Shown: positions 54,501 to 64,000 of the stretch, piece by piece
Numbering within the stretch: position 1 is the first letter of the stretch
Layout of the letters: every line of letters starts with the position of its first letter
From: Antedon mediterranea
Lineage: Eukaryota; Animalia; Echinodermata
DNA: 64,000 nt
Assembly (NCBI RefSeq): GCF_964355755.1
Contig: NC_092670.1
Coordinates: 23,360,795-23,424,794, forward strand
Direction of reading: 5' to 3'
Position numbers and translations under genes: made by a program
The notes under the pieces: model-generated
Told to the model about the DNA's origin: nothing
Databases searched by the model: none
What the model saw: the letters and a program-made list of their open reading frames with translations, nothing else

Positions 54501-57500
54501 CATAATAGGAGAACTGTTGACTAACCAATTACTACTGACAAGCTTTTCTTCTACTTTCATGACTCCAAAGGCATATTTGACTAGTATTTATCTGCAATAT
54601 TTTAATATACACAGTTTTTTTTCGTGCTAAAGGAAACAAAGTGCCATACACAGATTACTCATTTTTTTATATCAAGACATTCATCATGTAGTTTCCATAC
54701 ACAGTATAATTGTCACCAAAAATAAACCACTTAAAAAAAGTAAATAATTGAGATAGTACACTTCCCCATTTTAGAGCTCATTCCTTCCTAACCATTTAAT
54801 GGTGAGAGAATTACTGTACCCCCATTCCCCAACAATTCATGAGAGAGAAAATGTATCCCTATCACCAACCATTCAAGAGGAGAGGAAAAATGTATTGTAC
54901 CCCATCCCCTAACCCTTCAAGAGGAGAGGGCGAATGTACCCCTATCGCCAACAATTCACGAGGAGAGGGAGAATGTACCCAACCCATTTAGTGTTATTTA
55001 TTAACCTGTAAATCTTGTGCATTGTTTCATTGTCATTACAATCACCCATGATAAAATGCAATTTTAGATCAATATATTACAAAGCTTGTGAATCTTCACT
55101 TTTCATAGCTCAAGGTGAAACGCAACTGACCTTAAATTCCATCACAAGTAATACCTTAACTCAACTCCTTAACCTATCTCGTGCATCCTACTGTGTTAAC
55201 ATCTTGCTAGCATGCACCTTGTCATCAAAGAAACACATCAGTACTATTTATAGACAACTTTTGGTAATCTTAGGTCTTGGATCTTAGGTTTCGTGATTTT
55301 CCTCTAGAACCAAAAAGATGCAAATTCTGTGTGAAATTAAAGCATAGTATTTTTTTCTACAGTTTTTACACTAGGCTATATCTTTGAGCTATCCAAAATT
55401 TGCCAGCACAAATGCATGTGCATGATTTTTAATTATTAAAGTTAAGTAGCAGCTCAACAAAATTATATTTTTATTGGAAACGACTAAACTCTCAATACAA
55501 ATCTTAATGTTGAATTAATGTGTCAGTTCATTGTACATCCCTCCATAAATGATACCACATACGGTAACCCAACTGTAGACATAAATAGATCTCCCAATGA
55601 TGGTGTAATTAGCAATATCAGCAGAAAATACCACTTATTTGCAGGGTTATTCACAAATGTGTAAAGTGTTTTAGCTCTTTTCCTTTAAAAGCAAGGCCCA
55701 TTTTGGTTTATCCAGCTAATCTAGACATGAAACTATTATATTATATTCTTGAACCTAAAGCTTATATTCATTACAATTTGATATATTATTTGCCACTAGA
55801 CTCACAACTTTGTCGTGCTTAATCAGCCGATAAATTGTTGAAAATACTATGAGTTCAAAAGAATCATTACCGCGTGTTAAAGCCACCGCAATATGCAAAC
55901 CTGTCGATCTTGAAAGGCGCTCTGCGGGGAAAATCGAAGAGAATTAATCGAAAAGGGTAGACTGTCAAACTTACTTGACATTTAACGATTTATTTAAATT
56001 ATGTGGCTGTGGTAATGTGGCTTTAATGTGTGGAATTGAGGCAACGTTCACACTTCTTCATCATTGTTCAACACAGTCATCATAAATTTATAAGCATAAA
56101 GGTTGAAAGAGATATTCGTAGAATCGAGTTGTAGATTTCTTTGATTTTCTTGGTTGTTATTCAACTATCTACAGTATATTAATTTCTTTTTTGATAAAAA
56201 GTTGCACAAATGGACTTGTTCTTCCAGTAGTTAATTGGTGTAGTCAATGGTAAACCTTTTTGCTCTAAACAGGAAATTTGTTGCATACTTCTTTGTTCAA
56301 ATGGTACTCTAACGGTCCCCGATTGATTACGCCAAATGAGACCAAGGTCCGTGTCATACATATTGAACATGAATTTTAGAAATACTGTATTGCTTGATTT
56401 GAAGATTTGTAACAAATTTGTTTAGTACAGTATTTAAATGGAAAAGTATCAATTTCTATAGGCCTAAATCTTAATCTTACTACTTAGGCTAAAAAACTAC
56501 AGTATCTAGAGGCATACTACATCAGGTATTAGCACAGTAAATATATCCATAGTACAACATACAGTCAGCATGTCTAAGAAAGTGATTCACATTCTATAAC
56601 TTATAAGCTTGGTAGAATGACTTCTTATTTATTTTGACAGCGTTACAACTTTTCTTGCTGTGCACCATGTATGTTTATTATGTGTAACAACAGTCTATTT
56701 TAAGTCAATCATTCCTTGTCTCTTGTAGTGATTACTGTGTTAAACTTGCTACAGTATGTGGTGCGACTATACTTTCGCAGACTTTTCATTTTAAAAATTT
56801 AATTTCTGCTACTAAATTGTGTTTTGAAGTACATACATTAACTAAATTGATAGTGGGCATCAATAGACTAATAAATTAATTATGATATTAGATTTATTAC
56901 CACACCGATTATGCAAGCTGGAGTCATGAATGACATTACTTTACTATCAATGGAGACTAATTTACAAGAGGCTTGTGTGAGTTTACTATAACAACGTACT
57001 ACAAATCCACGATATAGGACATCAGCTTTGTTAATGATACATATTACAGTAGATATATCTCATTGAGTATTACACAGTAAGCCTTGTTCAATTCCTTTCC
57101 TTCATCCTCAGCGCCGTGTATCTATTTCATAGTCCTAAACTTTAGAATTACAATATTAACATATTTTAGGATTTTGCTACAGTATAATAATGCCAAGAAG
57201 AACAATAGTAGGCCTAATGTTTACACTGGCACACAAAACTGTTGTGTGAACATTTCTAATAAGCTGTATCCCATGAAATGTAACTACCATAAGAATAAAA
57301 ATAACATAGGGCCTATTACTATTTGGAAAGAAAGACAATTTCACATCAATAATCACCATTTAGAAATGTGTGTTATCGTGTCAATGAAGTGCGTCCTGTT
57401 ATCCAAGGTCGTTGCCCTTATCATGTTTGCGTAACTAGATACCATGTGCGGTTAATCTAGTATGCGCTTTATATCATAACTTTGCTAGCTTTTGGCATTA

Positions 57501-59039
57501 ATTAATTCCAAAGTGAATTGAACGAGTCTGTTTCAAGCATGTACTGTGATTCATCAACCAAACAAATAGTATTAGTAAATACTTTAAATTTGTTAAGCAA
57601 GCATTGAATTAGTTTAAATGTATACCGCACTACACACAGTGCTTGGATAGATATTATTGTTACATACAAGCCAACTACTGTACACTTCGAAACCACTTGA
57701 ATACCAAATATTTGTCAGACCTACAGTACTGTAATAGGCAGACTATTGTACTCTAAACACAACATTTTCCCAATATTATGGGCTAAATATATCAGAAATG
57801 GTGACTATTCCAGGATAGGATTACCAGTATCAAAGTTGCAGCAGTTAGAAAAGGTGATTTATGCGATTATGGTTTTTCTATGAATGTTTTTTTTTTGTAA
57901 GTTTTGTATGATGAAATAATTGTTAGTATTGTTACTCTACATTATCATGAAAGAAGAAAAATTGCATTGTTGTTGTTAAAATTACTTGTTTAAATCTACT
58001 TGACATATGTTCAAATTAGCACATTTTATTATTATGTTTACTTACTGCATGTTCAGAGATAAGTGTTATTTTTAATGGTCTTGCACCTGTCCAGCCTTTG
58101 TTCAATCAATGCACTCGTAGTACATCCAACGACATTCACAACTGTACAAACGGAAGGTGTTTTTTATGTCCATACAACTCAACGCTCCTTAACAATTGAA
58201 GATCATCCGTTTGATTTCATTTCACTTGTTATATACCTCTTGAATCACACTGAAACAAACAAGATACATCCCAGATAAAACCTAACTGTAAACAACATTT
58301 TCTTACATTATAAGAACACCAGATTTGTTAAAACTGCACAAACAACACAATATTGAAAACAAGCACGAATGTGCAATATTCAGGATACAGCAAAAGAAGC
58401 TGTCATGACGTCATAAGACCGGATGTGACACATCACATACACATCAATAACCTCGCTACCAAATACGGCTATACGGTACCATTTTCGAGACGTCATATGG
58501 CTGCATCCGGTTTGAAATTTATAAAAAAAACCGGCTCTATAGCTTTGAGGATATGTCCCTGTAGTATATTCATGCCAAATCCCAGCCCAATACTACAACG
58601 AATAAGGGAGGAGTAGTACTTTATAAATCACACTTTTTATTCAATAGTGTCCAGATGGGAGGAGAAGATGAGAGAGTACTAGACTTGGGTACTCCGAGTA
58701 AAAAATTGTCAGAAGAGAAATTAGTAATTAAGTGATTCTATATATTGAATTTTGTGACATTGCGACTTGATTGAAGCCATTTGCATTAAGTCAGCGCCAC
58801 ATATTGAACAAAAACCTGCACATATGTGACCAGTTAAATATTGGACATACTGTATAGTATACAATACAAACTCACTGTACAGTACCCACAAAGTATTTGA
58901 ACTCTAAAACATCTATATATTTTAAATTTCTTTTGCAGATTTTCAGCCCTACACCATGCTGCATTATCGGGAAACATTAATGTGCTACATTGTCTATTGG
59001 AAAGTAACCTCGTCATTGTGGACATCAAAGACAATAAAG
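34284..59039 (+). CDS. CASKIN: Caskin-family ankyrin-repeat scaffold, 5' part (exons 34284-34377, 53863-53914, 58939-59039; continues beyond the window)
   Basis: Spliced: [82 protein letters not shown], collinear with the caskin N-terminus ([43 protein letters not shown]); phases consistent. Confidence 0.88.
35001..35183. mobile_element. MITE family A copy (3 internal 20-bp units)
   Basis: TCTACACTATCAAACT...GTTTGATAGTGTAGACAGAG. Confidence 0.8.
35843..36035. mobile_element. hAT MITE
   Basis: CAGTGTCGTAACG...CGTTACGCCGCTG with perfect 8-bp TSD ATTGTATT. Confidence 0.85.
38229..38460 (+). mobile_element. tRNA-derived SINE with a conserved central domain (Meta/V-like)
   Basis: A box TAGCCGAGTGG, B box GGTTCAATTCC, then CCACTCAGCTGTAAATGAGTACCTGG..GGCGGCG..ACTGGCCACCCTACC. 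Confidence 0.7.
39415..39588. repeat. 87-bp direct tandem duplication
   Basis: Two near-identical copies AGATTATT..GCTATTGTTAT. Confidence 0.9.
40740..40940. mobile_element. hAT MITE, inverted copy of the 35843 family
   Basis: CAGTGGCGTAACG...CGTTAAGCCACTG; flanks GACAGTAG/TACAGTAG (7/8 TSD match). Confidence 0.8.
41610..41841. repeat. 24-bp minisatellite, probably inside a Tc1/mariner-type MITE (about 41469-41860)
   Basis: About 9.5 units of AATAGTAGGG(G/T)TGTGTGTCC(CCTA/GATG); related GTCCCTTTAAT-type arrays near 24115-24320 and 35215-35340. Confidence 0.85.
42861..42925 (-). mobile_element. tRNA-derived SINE head remnant
   Basis: Minus strand shows A-box-like TGGTGGTTAA and B-box-like GGTTCAATCC in tRNA spacing. 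Confidence 0.4.
44070..44405. mobile_element. Tc1/mariner (pogo/Tigger-like) MITE
   Basis: TA-CAGTAAAACATGTATTTTACG ... CGTAAAATAGACGTTTCACTG-TA. Confidence 0.75.
46904..49804. mobile_element. Non-autonomous TTAA DNA transposon (Kolobok-like), family K3, with an internal inverted repeat (about 47133-47215 / 47832-47915)
   Basis: Perfect 17-bp TIR AATGGACCTGAAATGGA; TTAA at 46900-46903 and 49805-49808. Confidence 0.88.
47367..49354. repeat. 994-bp tandem duplication (47367-48360 / 48361-49354)
   Basis: Both copies start ATTCGACCCATTTGGC and end TTACGAACGA; no differences noticed by eye. Confidence 0.92.
50631..50703. repeat. 73-bp palindrome (36-bp perfect arms, 1-nt spacer)
   Basis: AAAGAAGTTCAGAATTTTGTAAATTGGATTACCATT-T-AATGGTAATCCAATTTACAAAATTCTGAACTTCTTT. 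Confidence 0.92.
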
Positions 59040-59302
59040 GTGAGAATAGATTCTTGTTTACTCATCTTGACTACGCCCACTTGGTTCTCTTGTGGGCTGA
59101 ATAAAGGCTTTCAACTTTCATTTTTTTTGTGATGAGTTTCTATTCTGTATACCTATCTATGGGGTGCAATTGCTGCCTAAATAAAGGCCAACAACCAAAT
59201 GTGATTTAACTAATATTAATGTGAGGTATGATCTATCTATATAGACTAGTATAGTATGGTACATTGGTAGCCAATGTAATAACCTCATTTTCTTCAGCTC
59301 TC

Positions 59303-59850
59303 TATTTTATTTTTATTTATTTATTTATTTGGTATATAAAAATATATTACAAAACGACAGTCAAGGACTGAAATGAAATATATTACAAATGACTAAAAAT
59401 TAGTTAAAATTGCTATAAAAATAGAAACATCTTAATAAAATTAGATATCGTACCAAACAATTAAAAACATACATGAATAAAAACCTTAAAACATTCACTT
59501 ATTACATATCTAAAAAAGAGCTAGTGGTGCCTATTAATTATATCCACCATGGTGGGAACTGGAGACGACCTAAGTCTGCTGGTTTTACAATGAGGTACTT
59601 CTAGAAAGCGGTTGACTCTGAGAGACCGAGCTGGCTTATGAAGAGGGGGAAGTATTTCTCTAAACAGCTCGGATTTTAATAAGCCTTCCCCGAAAGACAA
59701 CACAAGTTTGTTTCTTCTCTCTACAAGAGTAGGTAAACCAGTAACAGACAATGCATGATCATAGCACAAATAGTTGTTACCTAGCATGATACGCAATGCT
59801 CTCTTTTGTACCTTTTCAATAGACTTGGACATGTCCTTAGTGATAGCGCC
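59303..59850 (-). mobile_element. CR1/L2-group LINE 3' fragment
   Basis: ORF 59832-59521 IEKVQKRALRIMLG..YDHAL..GLPTLVERR; (TTTA)n tail at about 59303-59330. Confidence 0.8.
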
Positions 59851-62634
59851 ATGTACTTACCGTATGTACAATAATTTGGCTATATACCGAGGTCCCAGTA
59901 TAGCTTTTGTGCCAAACTTACCTGGATAAACCGACATAGGCCTTTTTCCCTTTGAGAGAAGAACATAATAAAAACCTTAAGGAGCCCTCCAAGACAAGTG
60001 GTATGCAACAGCATCACTGGACCAAGTACCAAGTACCAGATAGAATATTCTATGAGAAGAACTCAAACTTATGTTTGGCATTCGATAGTATTTATAGATG
60101 GATAATCTTAGTAATGACAAAATATGCAATTTAAAGTAAATTATGCACGGAATGTACTGATCATTGATGAAATGAATGAAATATTAAGATAAGAAACCTA
60201 AAATAGAACTTGATGTCAGTGAAATACCATCAATATCAAATTAAACACATTCCAAGATAGGTAGTTACAATAAAATTATGTGAAACAATTTTCTGATACG
60301 GCCTATCAAAAATATTGTGATCTACGAATGACATTAAACCATAATTTATAGTTGCAAAGGAAATTGTCTTTAGTAGAATATTTTGTTAAATACATTAATT
60401 CGTACTTGCATCTGTTACTACATAATTATATTACACCGTTTTAATAAAGATGAAAACTGTAATATTGGAGAGACAATTTTAAATAATAAGATATTTTATT
60501 CAGCAAGTTTAAAAAGGGATAATTTTTCAAGTACATGTAATTAGGCATGAGCCCAAATAACAGAAAAGCTGCTATTATTCCACCATTACAGTAACACAAA
60601 TAATACGAAAATACTTAGAAAATAGTACAAAATTAATTGGTTTTAAATATTAATACATTTTTAGGTAAAAACCTTGAAACAGAAACAAAACAATACAATA
60701 TGCATATATCTATACTAACTGTATTATAATAATAATACATTTTATCGTAGAAGAAAATGATGATTGATATTGTAGACTCCTTGCAGGTGTTGTTCTGTGT
60801 TGTTAACGAGTAACACATTGCGAGTCATGGATATCATTTATTTTCATATCTATTTTATTTCCATTATCGCTTAATTCTAATAAACTGTTTACAGCTATGA
60901 TCCATGTGCTGCTTCCGGGACTATTTTCAATACAGGGATGTTTTGAAGGAATGAACAACTTTCTATAATAAAACATTCAACTGAAAAATGTTGTATTTTA
61001 TAGTTTGTATTTTTGTACAAAAAGCGAATACTGTATATTGAAGTGTTAGAACGCCATTTAACCGGTTATTGCTGGGTAAATTTTAGCTGCAACACAAAAT
61101 AACGGTTATTTGATTGACAGCTGCTGACCTCATGTCAATTAAACTGCAGCAACATTTAAATTAACCGTCAGAACCAATTGCATTTTGGGTAATTCTAACG
61201 ATATTTGTCAACGACCACCCACTAATTTAAACAGTTATTTTGGAGCAAAAATTGAGCAGAAAATATAAAAATTCCATTTTTGAAATAATCGGTTTATTCG
61301 GCGCTATGCAGCAGAAACAGACCCGTTGACAACCTTAAAAGAATGGTTTAGACTAGTCAGTCAGTTCCTGTTAGAAACCATTAACGTTCATAACCATTGT
61401 TGTCTCATTTTACAAACTGAATGAAAAGATCAGAAAGAGTTTTACAAACCAGAAACAACTAGTTTATAAGGCTACAATACATCAAGCATTTTCTTCAAAT
61501 ACACAATTAAAATAATTTTACAATATGTCTGATTTAATAATGCATTATGCAAACATTCAATGGCGCTGTTTACCCAAAGTATTTGCGTATTTCCTCGTGT
61601 TACTCATAATACTTTCTCTGATTCATTAACCAAATAAACTGGTCATGAAAGGGGTTACCCTTTCCAGTGACAATGCTCCAGTTAATCCATGTGTTTACAA
61701 AGCTTGATTTTGTAGATTTTAGGCACAAATTGTAAATAGAACTATGTTTACATTTGTATTACCTGATGTTTCTCAGTGAGGAAATACAAAACAATTTTTA
61801 GATAAATTTTGAAATTTATTTGGTGTTAAAGAATTGCCATGTTAAATTATTAGATTTATTTATAATATTATTTATGAAGTCTCTTCTTAACATATAAGTT
61901 GCAGTTTCATTCGTAGTGCAATGAGAGTGTTTGTATCTTTATCTTGAGTATCCTCCTGTGTTATGTTGTCCAATTAGGTATCTGCATACAAATATGAATT
62001 CAAAGGTTGTTTGTAGTCTATTTTTTTATCAACATCACTACCTACGAGTACCACACACAAATTGTGATTGTAATTGAGAAATATTGACAGGCTAGACATT
62101 ATCGTATCGTACAATATGTGCAAAGATATAACCCAATAATAGTGATACCTTGTCATATCAACAGATTCCATATATACAGTATAGTTTGTTTTAAATAAGA
62201 AATGGCTTATAAGCAAACACAGTGTTGATGGATGGTATATTTGTAGTTTGTCTACACTCATGCTGAGATGTTTATTTGAATACGTTGCAAACACGTCACC
62301 ACACTGCAAGATGATCCCATTACGACCGTTTCTTCAGATTATAAGATTACAACTCTCTGTTAATTCTACTACACATATCTGATGCGAACTTAGTACATCT
62401 ATTTAAGTACTATACTCTACTTATGGGTCTTGGCAACATTTTCACTGTTATCTGGCATACAGTAATACAGTATAATCAATGCCTTTAAAACTTATGCTGT
62501 AATATTTCTCCATCTTTTGCCTGTAGTACTGCCATATTAAATGCATCTGACTGCAACAAATTACTGTAATTATTCCCTTGTTCGGGAATATCAATCTTTT
62601 TGCTTAAGTCAAGAAAGTCAAGAAGTACTTAAGT

Positions 62635-62670
62635 GTAAAACCATGGAGTATCTTTACTCCATGGTAAAAC
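62635..62670. mobile_element. 22-bp CATGGAGTA-TCTT-TACTCCATG hairpin flanked by the 7-bp direct repeat GTAAAAC
   Basis: GTAAAAC(62635-62641)-22 bp-GTAAAAC(62664-62670). Confidence 0.75.
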
Positions 62671-64000
62671 TGGGGGCTTTATTCATCAAACTTTTTATTG
62701 CATGGAAATATAAAGTATAAATAATAGACAAAAATTTAGGTAGAAATACTGATTTATTTCCAAAGCAAAATTTTGTTGGTAATTTGTGAAGGTTTTAGTC
62801 GGCCCCACCCAAAAGAAAACTTGAAATATTTTCATGAACATTCTCATTTGTACTTTATATTCAGAACATTTTATACATTGACTCAGACAAATTCACTCCG
62901 TCCTTAATTCTCCCTGATGCAAAATGCCAATATCGCTCATTTATTTTTTATCAGAATTTGGTTGTTATGTAATCGATAATCTCTGTCTCTGTGTAACTGA
63001 AGCGCACATGAATTCATCTAAATATTCTATTACGAGGTCTATTACTAAATAGTTCCATTAGACGGTAAGAGGAATGTCTAGATGATTACACTTGTAATGA
63101 GAATGAAAGATGAAAAGAGGTCCCATCCTGGATAAGTGACTTACCATTAAAAGTAGGACACAAGTTTAAAGTTGCGTGTCCTTGACTTACTTAATGCCCC
63201 TGACATACAATTTCATTTTATAGATAATGTATTAAAAAAATAAATTCTATGACGAATTTAAAAGAAATGTGCAGGAACTAATGATTGAACCAATGTGCCA
63301 CGTTACAGCTTTAATCGTACTGAACTCAGTCGATTTTATTAATTTGTCGGAAAAATTGATAATATAATGATCTAATCCAAACCATTATTACAAATCAATT
63401 CTCTCTGTACAGTCTAAAAGTAACCAAGCCCAACTGTTAATATTGCCTGCCAAGTAAAACTTAACATGGTCTTAAAAGCATTTAGCGAAGAATCCAAGGG
63501 TATGTTTCTAAAAGATAATACTGTACATGGCAAAGTTTATTAGTACTTTAAAAAACTTTAGTTCTATACCTCTTGTGCCCTCAGATTGAATACACATTAA
63601 TTTAATAATTGGTCATTTCGTTATAGTGCGTGATGAATAATCATATAATAGTGCAGGGCAACAGGCAGTAGAACCCATTACTGTTCGCACCTGACTACTT
63701 CCTTCTAATTATAATTTTAGGGATTTTCTTATAAGCCCTATTAAAGGATGACCTATCAGACCTGCACAGCAGGACTCATCAGGAGATCTCACTTTATAAA
63801 CTTATTTAACTTCTTATATTATTAATATTCAGAAGCCTTACTGTTCCTATTACCACTGGTGCAAAGCATTTTATGGGTAGACATACTGTTTAAGTAATAG
63901 GTGAATATTAGCTAGGCTTATAAAAAGATCTAATCGGAGGTCTGACTCGGAAGACTCTTCAGGAGTTCAATACTTATTCTCTCCTTGAGGGATAATATTA

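Noticed and set aside
34378-64000. Numerous 60-120 aa ORFs in the caskin introns (e.g. 57084-57434, 61974-62309, 55015-55287)
   Set aside because: No recognisable domains, AT-rich low-complexity composition and no convincing splice context; consistent with chance ORFs.

Overview
AT-rich, intron-rich animal genomic DNA. An invertebrate, possibly an echinoderm, is inferred from gene structure and repeat content and is not proven. Four host genes form two head-to-head pairs: SMDT1/EMRE (-, 2 coding exons) with a 17-exon M3A oligopeptidase A-like gene (+, 749 aa), and ADSL (-, 10 exons, 480 aa) with the first three coding exons of a caskin-family gene (+, continuing past the window). The 14.7-kb first intron of the oligopeptidase gene is a nest of transposons: two related decayed Gypsy elements, a CR1-like LINE, an RTE fragment, TTAA/Kolobok-, MULE- and hAT-like MITEs, and a 5S rRNA+tRNA composite SINE. 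Most notably, the Gypsy lineage appears to carry unusual accessory domains: a ComEA-like helix-hairpin-helix at the Gag N-terminus (copy 1) and a downstream C2H2-finger plus TatD-like nuclease ORF (copy 2). The window also holds apparent DNA-transposon excision footprints (P-type 7-bp-TSD mini-relics and many TACAGTA/TACTGTA heptamers). All calls were made by eye with no database searches, and TE boundaries lacking a TSD are approximate.
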